From IMG/VR virus record IMGVR_UViG_3300028045_000008, positions 1-64,000 of that record: DNA of 64,000 bases; one strand, written 5' to 3'. Below, in pieces: positions 49,948-60,032 of the stretch. The DNA comes from a virus. A program made the translations under genes and the position numbers. The notes under the pieces are model-generated. The model ran no database searches, was not told the origin of the DNA, and saw nothing but the letters and a program-made list of their open reading frames with translations. Position 1 is the stretch's first letter, and every line of letters begins with the position of its first letter.

Positions 49948-50119
49948 TGAATACATAGAGAGCGTATATGAGGAAATCTTCACTCTAAAATACCATGGTG
50001 CTTGGTCATTTTATGAAGCTTATAGTTTGCCGATTCAGATAAGACGTTGGTTCTTGAATCGCCTGGTTAAGCAATTTGAAATGGAAAAGCAGCAGATGGA
50101 GAGTTCTTCAAAGAAATAG
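49922..50119 (+). CDS. Overlapping +1-frame ORF: second tail chaperone segment
   Basis: EEIF.L.YHG.WS..E.Y.LP...RRWF pattern; overlaps the chaperone 3' end. Confidence 0.55.
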   Translation: MRSSFGLSNEYIESVYEEIFTLKYHGAWSFYEAYSLPIQIRRWFLNRLVKQFEMEKQQMESSSKK

Positions 50120-50150
50120 GGGCCGAATTTTTACTTTTCGGCTTTTATTT
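50120..50150 (+). terminator. Putative terminator
   Basis: ggccgaa/ttcggct hairpin plus ttttattt. Confidence 0.5.
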
Positions 50151-50172
50151 TATCAAATAACTATTTAATACA

Positions 50173-50547
50173 GTGGAGGGGTTTGTCTTGAACAATATTC
50201 TAAACGAAGATCAAATTGTTAAAATTAAAATAGATTTTGACGAACTTAGAAAGAATGAGATAAATGAGAGTTTTTTGGCCATGTTCGCCGGAACCATAAA
50301 GAGTATGATGAAATATATATTCGCGACCGGCCCAGGTAGTCATGTTCCTAAAGATTTTTTCGAATTCAAGGGCAGGAGAGGAGACATTAGTTCTTTTGCG
50401 CGCACCCTTGGCAACGAGAAGAAGTACTTAGAGGCGTTCAAGAAAAATGGCCTAGACCATCCAGAAACTTATAGATCAAAGAGCGTATTAGATAAATCCA
50501 TAAAGAATTTCGAGAAGAGCACGGGCTTAAAGTGGCCCTATAAATAA
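50173..50547 (+). CDS. Hypothetical protein (start may be TTG 50188)
   Basis: ORF between chaperone and tape measure; GGAGG at the annotated start suggests a downstream start. Confidence 0.55.
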   Translation: MEGFVLNNILNEDQIVKIKIDFDELRKNEINESFLAMFAGTIKSMMKYIFATGPGSHVPKDFFEFKGRRGDISSFARTLGNEKKYLEAFKKNGLDHPETYRSKSVLDKSIKNFEKSTGLKWPYK

Positions 50548-50563
50548 GGGGGTGTTTAGATAA

Positions 50564-52795
50564 GTGAGTAGTGAATCCGACATACCCGATGCCGCCACGA
50601 CGATGACCCTGCTGGAGTACATCGCCGCCCAAGAGCAGATAATACAAAACTCTAACGATATACGGAAGCGCCAAGAAGCCTTTTATGCAGCCGAGGAGGC
50701 CCGCCTGAAGTTACAGGGCAAGTCAATTTCTATGGAGGCTGACGCGCTCAAGAACCGGCAGGCCGCGGCCGATGCCTGGGATCAGACCTTCGAGAACATG
50801 CTGGGTGTCAGCGATAAGTGGAAATCTTCCATGATAGGGAAGCTCATGCAACCCGGTGGTCTAAATGGTTTCGTCGATAGTCTTCAACGGACATTCACCG
50901 CCAGCAATCTTGCCGTATCTTCTTTGACAAAAGCCGTTGAGATAACAGCCGCACTGGTCGGAGCGAGCTTCGCTCTAGCAAAAATGCAAGACGATACTCT
51001 GGTGGCTTTCAATAAATCCACTGGCGCCGCCAGGCTTTATGGAGACGAGCTACTTAATCTAGAATCTAGTATGAATCACCATGGTGTGAGCCTAGAGATT
51101 GCTAGCGAATCTTATGGGTCCATGGTCAAGAATGTGAAAGGCCTCAAAAATATGTCAGCCGCTTCGCGAACAGACCTCGCAGAAACAACTGCTGTTCTAG
51201 ATAAGTTTGGCGTGTCTGCCGACACTACAACCCAGAACTTTGAATTTCTAACCGCAGCCATGGGCTTTTCTGCTTCAGAAGCAAATGACTTCTCAAGAGA
51301 AATGTTTTTACTTGCTCAAGAGATAGGTATGCCCCCCGCAGAAATGGCCCAGGGCCTTCAAGAGGCCGCACCAGCCATGGCCAAATTTGGATCCCAGAGT
51401 GATGAAATGTACAAGAAGCTCGCAGTGAATGCACGCGCAGCAAACATGGAAGTTAGTCAGTTATTGGGTATCGTTGAGAAATTCGATACTTTTGAGGGCG
51501 CAGCCCAATCAGTCGGGCAACTCAACGCAATACTTGGTGGTCCATTTTTGAACTCTATGGAGATGGTCCAGACTACGGATCCGGTAGAGAGAATGAAGCT
51601 TCTTAGTGACGCCGCAAACCAGGCAGGCGCAAGTTTTGACGACATGGGATACTATGAGAGAATCGCACTCACTGAGGCGATGGGCCTAAAAGATGTATCA
51701 GAACTGGCTTTAGTTATGGCAGGGGGATTTGACGAGACGGTTCCTGCCATAAAGCAATCACAAGCAGAATTGGCAGCAATCGCAAAGCAATCAGCCGACT
51801 TCAACACTTTGTCGGAAGAGATGACTCAACTGATGAGAATGTTTGCCACAAGCTTATTGACGTGGGTTATCCCGTCTATTAAGTGGCTAGCCCAGAAACT
51901 CCAGGATCTCAATCAATTTTTCGGTGGATATTTAATGCCAGCCCTAGGTCTCCTCGCCGCCGCATTTTTCCTCGTCGCCAGCGCCGTTTTCGCACTTATC
52001 GCTCTCGCCGGCCTCGCCTTACCCATCCTCGGCGGAATCGCCGCAACAACGGGCGCCACGGCACCTGCCGCCGGCGCCGCTGCCGCCGGCATAACAACAT
52101 TCGCCACGGCACTTGCTGCAGCCACGCCGGTAATCGCGACCGCCGGCGCCGCCCTCGGGAGCTTTGTTCCGGTCATCTTGGCCATTGGGGCAAGTATTTT
52201 TATGGTGGGAGCCGGTATCATGGCCGTTGGAGCCGGCATCATGTTGGCCCTCGGCGGAGTCGCCGAGGTGATAGGGGCAGTCCTTGGCGGAGTCGTCACG
52301 CTCCTAAGAAATTTGGATCCCACTACAATATTTCAAAAAGTCTCCGCGCTGAATAGCCTATCTGCCTCATTCTCTACTTTAGTGCTCTCTGCCGCCGCCA
52401 CTCCGTCCGCTTTGTGGCCACTGATCAACGCCCTAAACGCTATCGAGGGTGATAACTTAATCCCGGTGGCAGATATGTTTAGTAGCATTAACTCAATTCT
52501 CGATAAAGACCTAGAAGGTCTGATGAAAGTGGAACAAGCAATCGCCAATATAGCCACTTCCATAAATTCAATCGATAGCACGGAAAAAGTATTCGCAGTA
52601 AAACAACTGATTGATTCTGTCAACGCAGCTACATCCAGAGACACCACTCCAGGCCCCGCGTCAACATCACAGGATCTCCCACCCCACACGGCAGCAGCCC
52701 TCAATAGGCCGATTCAGATCTCTCTAAACGTTGCCGGCAGAGAGTGGATAAGCCTGCAGACAGAAACTTTAGATAAGCTGCTAAACCAATATTAA
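50564..52795 (+). CDS. Tape measure protein
   Basis: Ala/Met-rich helical protein with a long hydrophobic segment; follows tube and chaperone. Confidence 0.75.
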   Translation: MSSESDIPDAATTMTLLEYIAAQEQIIQNSNDIRKRQEAFYAAEEARLKLQGKSISMEADALKNRQAAADAWDQTFENMLGVSDKWKSSMIGKLMQPGGLNGFVDSLQRTFTASNLAVSSLTKAVEITAALVGASFALAKMQDDTLVAFNKSTGAARLYGDELLNLESSMNHHGVSLEIASESYGSMVKNVKGLKNMSAASRTDLAETTAVLDKFGVSADTTTQNFEFLTAAMGFSASEANDFSREMFLLAQEIGMPPAEMAQGLQEAAPAMAKFGSQSDEMYKKLAVNARAANMEVSQLLGIVEKFDTFEGAAQSVGQLNAILGGPFLNSMEMVQTTDPVERMKLLSDAANQAGASFDDMGYYERIALTEAMGLKDVSELALVMAGGFDETVPAIKQSQAELAAIAKQSADFNTLSEEMTQLMRMFATSLLTWVIPSIKWLAQKLQDLNQFFGGYLMPALGLLAAAFFLVASAVFALIALAGLALPILGGIAATTGATAPAAGAAAAGITTFATALAAATPVIATAGAALGSFVPVILAIGASIFMVGAGIMAVGAGIMLALGGVAEVIGAVLGGVVTLLRNLDPTTIFQKVSALNSLSASFSTLVLSAAATPSALWPLINALNAIEGDNLIPVADMFSSINSILDKDLEGLMKVEQAIANIATSINSIDSTEKVFAVKQLIDSVNAATSRDTTPGPASTSQDLPPHTAAALNRPIQISLNVAGREWISLQTETLDKLLNQY

Positions 52796-52861
52796 GATAT
52801 TTAATGGCTGCATCTTTTTAGTTGACACTCTATTTAATAAACAGAAGGAATACATTTTGTA

Positions 52862-53809
52862 ATGGCTAATTTTGGAAAAAATAGAAAAGATTTAACTTTT
52901 CAAGATCCGAGTGATTTATACGCAAATCAAAAAGAACTATTTATTGAGTTTGAATATATCTTTGGAAACCCAGAAACCAACAAGGTCGCCTTCAAAGCGT
53001 TTATAACAAACTATTCGGATGACTTTGTGTCCGAGTGGAATCCTGAAGCCGTATATGGGCGCCCCGACCCAATTCAGACCTTCTCGCATACCACGAGAAA
53101 GATCCAGATCGATTGGAAAGTCCCATCTGCAGATCTTGTAGAGGCCAGAGAGAATATGGCCAAGGCATCTCAAATGATGAGATTTCTTTATCCCACATAC
53201 ACTGACGCCGGAAACGCCTCCACTATCCACAAGCCGCCTTTGTTGCGCTTTAAATTTGTCAATTTGGCAAAAAAGAATAATTCACAAGGGCTCTTGGGAA
53301 GGCCAGGTGGGTTCTCCTTTAAGCCGGATATGGAAGAGGGCTGGTGGGACGCAGATTTCAATTTGGGATCATCTGGCATGACTAACCTGTTATATCCCAA
53401 GTTACTGACCTTTAGTTGCACCTTTGAAGTGCTTCACGAGCATCACCTAGGTTGGCACGATGGAAACTGGGAGGTTATCCCGGCCATACCATTCGTGTTG
53501 GATACGGAGAGGGATTCTTTTCCGTTTTTATCAACAGCTACCAGCGCAAACACCATCCTCGGCCTGAATACAGCAGAGGAAAAATTGAAAGAGTTTACAG
53601 ACAATTACGAAGATGCAGATGTTCTCGGCCTCCCTCCAGAAGATTCGACTGTTCGAGCCCAAGAAGAAGACTCATCATCGATTTCTGATGAGGCAAAAGC
53701 GGCAAAAAGCGCAGGACCAGAGACTTTGCCGACCAACTTAACTCCTGAAATAACTGAAGAACAGATGGCCCTTGAAAACGAATTCTTTGACCCCCAATCT
53801 ATCTCGTAG
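52862..53809 (+). CDS. Baseplate tube-initiator-like protein
   Basis: W....VYGR.DPI..F..T.R.I...W and PPLLRF tube-fold pattern. Confidence 0.55.
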   Translation: MANFGKNRKDLTFQDPSDLYANQKELFIEFEYIFGNPETNKVAFKAFITNYSDDFVSEWNPEAVYGRPDPIQTFSHTTRKIQIDWKVPSADLVEARENMAKASQMMRFLYPTYTDAGNASTIHKPPLLRFKFVNLAKKNNSQGLLGRPGGFSFKPDMEEGWWDADFNLGSSGMTNLLYPKLLTFSCTFEVLHEHHLGWHDGNWEVIPAIPFVLDTERDSFPFLSTATSANTILGLNTAEEKLKEFTDNYEDADVLGLPPEDSTVRAQEEDSSSISDEAKAAKSAGPETLPTNLTPEITEEQMALENEFFDPQSIS

Positions 53810-53820
53810 GAAAATATAGT

Positions 53821-54171
53821 ATGTCTAATAGAAATAACAACAGAGTAATCAGAACCAATGGCGCCCAGATTTATAAAGAGAAACTGAAAAAGAAGGGCTT
53901 AAAAAAAGTCCAACAATATACAACTCCAATTTTTAATGAACTGACAGCAAAGAAAAGAGGTTCTCTAGAAAGAGTGAGGCATATATGGACTCGCGGAGAT
54001 CGCTTGTATAAGCTGGCTTCGAAACACTACGGAGATCCAGAATTGTGGTGGCTCATCGCCTGGTATAATCAAAAGCCAACTGAAAGTCATTTTAAGCTTG
54101 GTCAAACTGTCCTGATACCACTTCCCCTCGAAGATATTTTGGGATATTATTATCAAAGCGAAGTGAGATAG
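53821..54171 (+). CDS. LysM-containing baseplate wedge protein (gp53/P2 X-like)
   Basis: GDRLYKLASKHYGDPELWWLIAWYN...GQTVLIP. Confidence 0.75.
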   Translation: MSNRNNNRVIRTNGAQIYKEKLKKKGLKKVQQYTTPIFNELTAKKRGSLERVRHIWTRGDRLYKLASKHYGDPELWWLIAWYNQKPTESHFKLGQTVLIPLPLEDILGYYYQSEVR

Positions 54172-54174
54172 GGA

Positions 54175-57100
54175 ATGGGACACTATCTTAATTTGCTGGA
54201 TGAGCTACCTGCAGAATCGCCCAGCGGGTGGGCCGCTGGAGCAGTAGGTAAAGCTGCAATTAGATCTTTGATAGAAGGCGATCTTTGGTATACATATGCC
54301 AAAGCCTCCCTAGGCTCTGTCGGTGGCATACAAACAGGTGGAGGCACGCACGGGGGGAGCACGAAAGAGAACCAGGGCTTCTTAATAGACGTTGCGAAAG
54401 CTATAGCGAAAGATTTGATAATAACAAAGACCTCAGATCTTCAAGCAGAATGGGATATGTTTATGGCCGGCACCCAAACTTTCAAGGAGTTCTATAGAAA
54501 TACAAACATATCACTCGACGCCCTCACCGATGCCTCCAGCTTGGATGACTCTGATAAAATTCGGAGAAATAATCCGGATACTTTGGCAGTAGATTTTTTA
54601 GCATACAATCTCATTAATAGCTCTACTTTCGCTAGCATAATATCCGCAGCAAAACTGGCTCGGAAACTCGGATACTTCAGCGGCGCCGGCATCGACGAAG
54701 TCTTCTACGATGCCAAGGCCCGCGCCTCCGCCCTCCTTGAAATGATCGGCGTAAAAGATGAGCAAGACTTACAAGCTTTAGAGGAAAGATTCAAGCAATC
54801 ACAACAATCAGCATCAGAAGCTAAAGCAGCATCAAAAGAAGATATAGAGAAGACAGAACAAGATATCAAAATTCACATGCAAGCCCTATTGGCTTCTTCT
54901 TTGGTAGAACTCTCAAAATTTAATAAAAATAATCGATCGTTAATGATGCCTCGATATTCAAAAACATATCTGCTCGACGGCCCTCCCTCTGAACTGGTGA
55001 ACAAATTAACATATGTACCAGGCTCAGAGAGCTTTATTAACTTGACAGTACCGGAAGCCTCCTCTTTGGTTCCGATGATAAAGCTTTGGAAAGTTCGATA
55101 TAACTCAAAAGGCGCTCTTGATCCTGATTTACCAGCAATCCCGTTAATCTTTAAAACTTTTACTGATACTGATTCCGATTTTATATCCGGTCATGGCGCC
55201 GGAAGGTCCGGTGTTGGAATAAAGTCTTTTGATTGGCAATATAACGGGACAAACCCAGCAACCGTAAAAAACGATATAACAGCCAAACTCGTATTATATT
55301 TTCAGAATTTCAATGATCTCTTGAAGGAACAAGAAGGCGGTTTTAAGTATGTTGATTTGCTGATTAGAAGCAGCCCAACAAGTGTAGAGGACAAAGAAAA
55401 GCCAATAGAGGACCAGAATGAAACAGACTGCCCAGAGAACGAGTCAACCACTGAAGGCGATTCTAAACATTACGAAATAAAGGCTACAGTCGGCTGGGCC
55501 CCAAACGTGCAATACGTTGAAGAGCATGGCAATCCTGACCTGGCAACTAGCATAAGAAATCAACAAGTGAGCTTGTTCCTGACACTAGTCGAGCACGAGT
55601 TTAAGATTACTCAACAGGGCACTTTTGAACTCACAATTGATTATCGAGGAAGAATAGACGGTATTATGATGGATAAACGAGCAGATGTCATTTTGGACGG
55701 AGAAGTTCGAAAGCAAATGTCTAAGCTGACCAAAGATCTCAAAGAGGCAGAATCAAATTGTTTCAAAGACGAAATAGGAGAAATAAAGGAGAGGATAGAG
55801 GATGTGAAAACAAGGGCGAAATTTGAATCACATACTAAAATATTCCAAGACCTGTTAGTCACCGGCCGCCTTTATTATGCTAAAATTAGCACAGACGATT
55901 GGGACGCTGCAGGCCAAAAAATAATAAATCTTAAGAAAGTCGACATTGGAATTCCAGCCGACGGCTCGACTGATCTGAAAGTACTGTATAAGGCATCTGA
56001 TGATATTCTGAACAAAGAGATGCAAATTGCTTTTGGCGACCGCCCAGATGTCATCGAGGGTGGTTGCGGTACCTCATACCAGAGTACTGCCGCCCTTGCA
56101 GCCTGGTACCTTGGAAACGTTGCTACCGCAGCCCATGCTGACAACGCCCTTACTTGGTGGAACCCGGTCGCCCATCTCGCTTCCGAGGGATTCCAATTCG
56201 CCGGCATAATCAACGAGGAGCCTGCCGCCTGGGAGCTATCCCAAGAAGATTCCGATTGGTGGAAATGCTTCAAGTTACAATATAATACCACAACTGGTCA
56301 GGAGCAACCCGAAGAAAAACCACTAGCCATCAAGCCCGTAGAATTTAAGCTTGGTCAACTTGGCGAGACATATGGTCTCCGCGAAGAAGACGGCTCTAAG
56401 ATTATCCCCTATTTCTTTCTTGGGGATTTGATAGACATTGCAGCCAGAAAGGCCCTCGGAGGCGAAAACTCGACAACAGATGAGAGTGAGGATGCCGCAG
56501 ATTTTCACCCAAATCGAGTTCAGAATCTGCAGATAATATTGGGATGTTTGGAGATAGCCCCTTATAGCGACCAAGATAGCTGGGAATATATTAATATTGG
56601 AGACATTCCAGTATGCCTCCCCTACTTCAGAGATTGGTGGGCGCGCCATACTACAAAGTCTTCAAAAAACAGTTACCCCCTAATTCAATTCATTCGAGAT
56701 TGTCTCAAAGATTTCGCGATGGAAGCTTTGGGCGATGATCTTTTCGATGGCCAGCGCTCTCAAAAGCTCATGATAAGGGACGCATCTATTAGTGTCCCGG
56801 CAAAACCAGGCGGAGGCAATCCGATAGAGGATCGGATCAACAAGGGGCTCGATAATGCAAACGAAAGGCGCCTGCTCAAAGCATCTAGGTTGGATCTAAA
56901 CAAGATAGATAACACTAGTCCGATGCAGGCTGTTAACCCGACCAACTTAACTCCAAATGACATGTATTTCTATAAGGTATTTTATTTGGTGAATGATTCC
57001 CCAGATTATCTAAATGGAAATAAACAAGAGGATTCAAAAAAGGGTATACAGCACATAGTCATGGGTTCTAGATCTGGGCTTCTAAAGGAAGCTAGTTTTT

Positions 57101-57537
57101 CAAGGTCGACCTCTCCCGGCCTCCGAGAACAGAGAGTGATAGAAGAGTCAGAATTTAATCCGCTGTCTCACCTGGCAGACGTTTATAATATAAGTGCCAG
57201 GATGATAGGAAATACTATGTTCTTTCCAGGCCAATATATTTACTTAAACCCAATCGGCTTCGGCACCAAACTTGGCAACCCTGCGGACCCCGGCTCTCCA
57301 TCTCGTGCGATGGGCCTGGGAGGTTATCACTTGGTAACGCAAGTTTCTAGCTTCATAGATGAGGGAAAATTCGAAACAACCGTCGAAGCTCTATGGGAGA
57401 CAAGTGGTGGCCCTTGCGCCCGCAGAAACGACAGAGGGCAAAAGACAGAAAAAGGGAATTGTTCCAGCGATGCTTCAAATACGGCTCTCTCTAGTCCGAC
57501 ACCCTCCCCCGAAAGCAATATAGAACTTCCAGAATAA
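54175..57537 (+). CDS. Large baseplate hub-like protein (gp27-like C-terminus)
   Basis: MIGNTMFFPGQYIYL...GGYHLVTQVSS....FETTVEA; follows the LysM gene. Confidence 0.55.
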   Translation: MGHYLNLLDELPAESPSGWAAGAVGKAAIRSLIEGDLWYTYAKASLGSVGGIQTGGGTHGGSTKENQGFLIDVAKAIAKDLIITKTSDLQAEWDMFMAGTQTFKEFYRNTNISLDALTDASSLDDSDKIRRNNPDTLAVDFLAYNLINSSTFASIISAAKLARKLGYFSGAGIDEVFYDAKARASALLEMIGVKDEQDLQALEERFKQSQQSASEAKAASKEDIEKTEQDIKIHMQALLASSLVELSKFNKNNRSLMMPRYSKTYLLDGPPSELVNKLTYVPGSESFINLTVPEASSLVPMIKLWKVRYNSKGALDPDLPAIPLIFKTFTDTDSDFISGHGAGRSGVGIKSFDWQYNGTNPATVKNDITAKLVLYFQNFNDLLKEQEGGFKYVDLLIRSSPTSVEDKEKPIEDQNETDCPENESTTEGDSKHYEIKATVGWAPNVQYVEEHGNPDLATSIRNQQVSLFLTLVEHEFKITQQGTFELTIDYRGRIDGIMMDKRADVILDGEVRKQMSKLTKDLKEAESNCFKDEIGEIKERIEDVKTRAKFESHTKIFQDLLVTGRLYYAKISTDDWDAAGQKIINLKKVDIGIPADGSTDLKVLYKASDDILNKEMQIAFGDRPDVIEGGCGTSYQSTAALAAWYLGNVATAAHADNALTWWNPVAHLASEGFQFAGIINEEPAAWELSQEDSDWWKCFKLQYNTTTGQEQPEEKPLAIKPVEFKLGQLGETYGLREEDGSKIIPYFFLGDLIDIAARKALGGENSTTDESEDAADFHPNRVQNLQIILGCLEIAPYSDQDSWEYINIGDIPVCLPYFRDWWARHTTKSSKNSYPLIQFIRDCLKDFAMEALGDDLFDGQRSQKLMIRDASISVPAKPGGGNPIEDRINKGLDNANERRLLKASRLDLNKIDNTSPMQAVNPTNLTPNDMYFYKVFYLVNDSPDYLNGNKQEDSKKGIQHIVMGSRSGLLKEASFSRSTSPGLREQRVIEESEFNPLSHLADVYNISARMIGNTMFFPGQYIYLNPIGFGTKLGNPADPGSPSRAMGLGGYHLVTQVSSFIDEGKFETTVEALWETSGGPCARRNDRGQKTEKGNCSSDASNTALSSPTPSPESNIELPE

Positions 57538-57552
57538 AGGGCAATAATAGAA

Positions 57553-58839
57553 ATGGCTAACAATTTTTTAATCAATAATGATATTTTTTTCGGAAAGAAT
57601 GATTTAGATTCACAAGATCACTTTTATTCTAGAATGGCTTATTCTGTTTATGCTTTCCGGGATCACGAAGAGATGAAGAAGAAGGGGGTGATTAGAGATT
57701 TCTGGTTTGCAGAGAATATGCTATATGGAAAGATAAACGCATCGTTTTTCGCTATTGAGCCTCGCCATGAGAGATTGGTACCCATTCCGGGAACTGATGA
57801 TCAATTTACTTTCCCTTTTATTATCTCTGCGTATGGGGAGTTCGAAAAAGAGATCAGGAATGCCATTTTATCTGGAAAAATCGGAAGCATGCCGTTTTTG
57901 AGAAAACTTAAAGTTCACAAATCAACAGAATCAATAAATCGACTATACTCTAACTTAGCTACCATCATAACATCCAGAATGGTCAGGTTCTTAACTCAAA
58001 CTAGAAGGTCAGATAAAATATTTAGCTTTGAGGACTTTATGCTACATTTCGAAGACTTTGTTCTGGAATTCAGCCTAAATAATATCGTAACAAAATCTTC
58101 TTTTGTGATGTCTAATGACGTCGGCCTCCCACATACTGGCCTGTCACTTGAACTCGCCGACGCGGATTATGCATCTGATTTCGAAAAAATCGAGAACTTC
58201 ATAGATGATCCAGAATATGCATATTACCTCAAGGTAGCCGAAAAATATGGATTTTATGTGGATAAGAACGTGCCCTGGCGCCTTGTTGCTAATCTATCAT
58301 CACGACCCATGCAACTCTTCATAGAAGAGACTGGCGCGCCTAGCGACCTACAGTCGCTGCTTACCGCTAACTTTAGAAAAGCCTATATGAATGACCTAGG
58401 ACTTCTGAAATTCTCGGCATATAACGCTTATAGTACCATAGTTTCATCGCGCCCGAATGTCTCGAAGTCTTTTCAAGAAGGCGGAAAGCTCTTCACTTCA
58501 TTTAAAAAAAGAATGCCTGTGACTCCTGATGAAGTCGACATTCTATATCCAGATGAGAAGTGGCTTCAACTATACATCAAGGTCAAGAACAATGAAAAGA
58601 AATTAAATTTTAATGAGCCTGAGATCAAGAGAATAACAAAAAATTCAATTAGTTTAAAGAATTTGCTTGACACGAGGGAAGCAATGGGCTATATTAATAG
58701 AGTATTTCGAGATATTCCGTCACTAGAAGGATCCTTTAATGATTTGCAAAATAAGAATTTCTTTAAGGGAATCAAGGACCGCCCATTCTCGGATTATAGA
58801 AATTTCCTAACTAAGACAGCTAAAATAAAAAAGAGGTAG
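57553..58839 (+). CDS. Hypothetical protein
   Basis: 428-aa ORF; YGFYVDKNVPWRLVANL, no family recognised. Confidence 0.6.
   Translation: MANNFLINNDIFFGKNDLDSQDHFYSRMAYSVYAFRDHEEMKKKGVIRDFWFAENMLYGKINASFFAIEPRHERLVPIPGTDDQFTFPFIISAYGEFEKEIRNAILSGKIGSMPFLRKLKVHKSTESINRLYSNLATIITSRMVRFLTQTRRSDKIFSFEDFMLHFEDFVLEFSLNNIVTKSSFVMSNDVGLPHTGLSLELADADYASDFEKIENFIDDPEYAYYLKVAEKYGFYVDKNVPWRLVANLSSRPMQLFIEETGAPSDLQSLLTANFRKAYMNDLGLLKFSAYNAYSTIVSSRPNVSKSFQEGGKLFTSFKKRMPVTPDEVDILYPDEKWLQLYIKVKNNEKKLNFNEPEIKRITKNSISLKNLLDTREAMGYINRVFRDIPSLEGSFNDLQNKNFFKGIKDRPFSDYRNFLTKTAKIKKR
58667..58695 (+). promoter_or_regulatory. sigma70-type promoter inside upstream CDS, facing the polA-like gene
   Basis: TTGACA-17bp-TATATT. 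Confidence 0.6.
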
Positions 58840-58841
58840 TA

Positions 58842-60032
58842 TTGCTTTTCCAGACGCTTGACGATAAAAGAGAGTGCGTTGGTATATATTGTGATGGCGC
58901 TCTTTCGTTTGATATTTCTATCTTGGCCGGCCTGACTCACACCTGGTCATACTCTAGTTTCCTCTCTGGCCATGAAGTGGAATATGCCAAGATATACTGT
59001 GGGGGATTATCATTGCGAGAAGCGTGTCCAACCCACCTAACAGAGCGCTGGGAGCGTGTTGAGGAAAAGCTCAAAGCTTTGCTCAAATCTTTTCATACGG
59101 CCCGTGTATCGCTCAATGAGAACTGTTTTTTTGACTTAGTGCCTAAAAGGTTTCTTTTAGAAATGTGCTATGTGAAGGATATGATCTGTAAGCATGTTTT
59201 TGAAAACTATGAGAAGCCAGCGAACTATGAGCATACACTCTCTCTGATCAAAAATATTGAAGACATTAAGTACAGGAAATTGAATATAAATCCCAAAAAC
59301 CTGTCATTCTATAAGTCAAAGCACAGGAAGTTCTCACGAAAACTGAGAGAGATAGGGCCTTATTGCAAATTCAATATTAATGGCACTAAGACAGGCCGCC
59401 TGACAACTACTGCAGCTAGCTTCCCAATCTTGACTCTGGATAAGGAGTTTCGCTGCGTAATCGAGCCCTCGAATGATTACTTTGTCGAACTTGACTTCAA
59501 TGCAGCAGAGTTGAGAACACTCTTGGCGCTCCAGGGAAAACCCCAGCCAGTTGAAGATATCCACGAATGGAATATTAGAAATGTCTTCCGCGGCGCCGGC
59601 ACCAGGAATGAGGCCAAGAAGAGGATTTTTGCTTGGCTATATAATCCTAAGAGTCATGATCGTATGTGCGAGAAGATATACGATCGAAACACTGTGGTAC
59701 AAAAGTACTTCACCCAGGGCCAAGTGAGAACCTTTTTTAACAAAGTAATTCCTTCGGAAGAGAGAACAGCCCTGAACTACATCATTCAGAGCACATGTGC
59801 CGAGAATGTTTTGAGACAAATGGCGAAAGTATCTAATTATTTAGTAGGGATGGACTCACACCTGGCTTTTCCAGTACACGATTCAGTGGTTTTAGACATG
59901 ACAAAGGAAGATTTAAGAAGACTTCCTGAGATTATAGAGATATTTTCGAACACAGAGTTGGGAAAGTTTAAAGTTAATGTGAGTCATGGCCCAAATTTTG
60001 GCAAACTAGTAAACATGGAGGTTCAGCTTTGA
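58842..60032 (+). CDS. Short family A DNA polymerase-like protein without recognisable exonuclease motifs
   Basis: TKTGRL, motif A DFNAAELR, motif B R.EAK..IF..LY, ALNYIIQS, motif C VHDS. Confidence 0.8.
   Translation: MLFQTLDDKRECVGIYCDGALSFDISILAGLTHTWSYSSFLSGHEVEYAKIYCGGLSLREACPTHLTERWERVEEKLKALLKSFHTARVSLNENCFFDLVPKRFLLEMCYVKDMICKHVFENYEKPANYEHTLSLIKNIEDIKYRKLNINPKNLSFYKSKHRKFSRKLREIGPYCKFNINGTKTGRLTTTAASFPILTLDKEFRCVIEPSNDYFVELDFNAAELRTLLALQGKPQPVEDIHEWNIRNVFRGAGTRNEAKKRIFAWLYNPKSHDRMCEKIYDRNTVVQKYFTQGQVRTFFNKVIPSEERTALNYIIQSTCAENVLRQMAKVSNYLVGMDSHLAFPVHDSVVLDMTKEDLRRLPEIIEIFSNTELGKFKVNVSHGPNFGKLVNMEVQL

Noticed and set aside
45558-57537. Sheath/tube/LysM cluster as a bacterial contractile injection system or tailocin
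   Set aside because: Terminase, portal, protease and capsid genes in the same array show it is a phage tail
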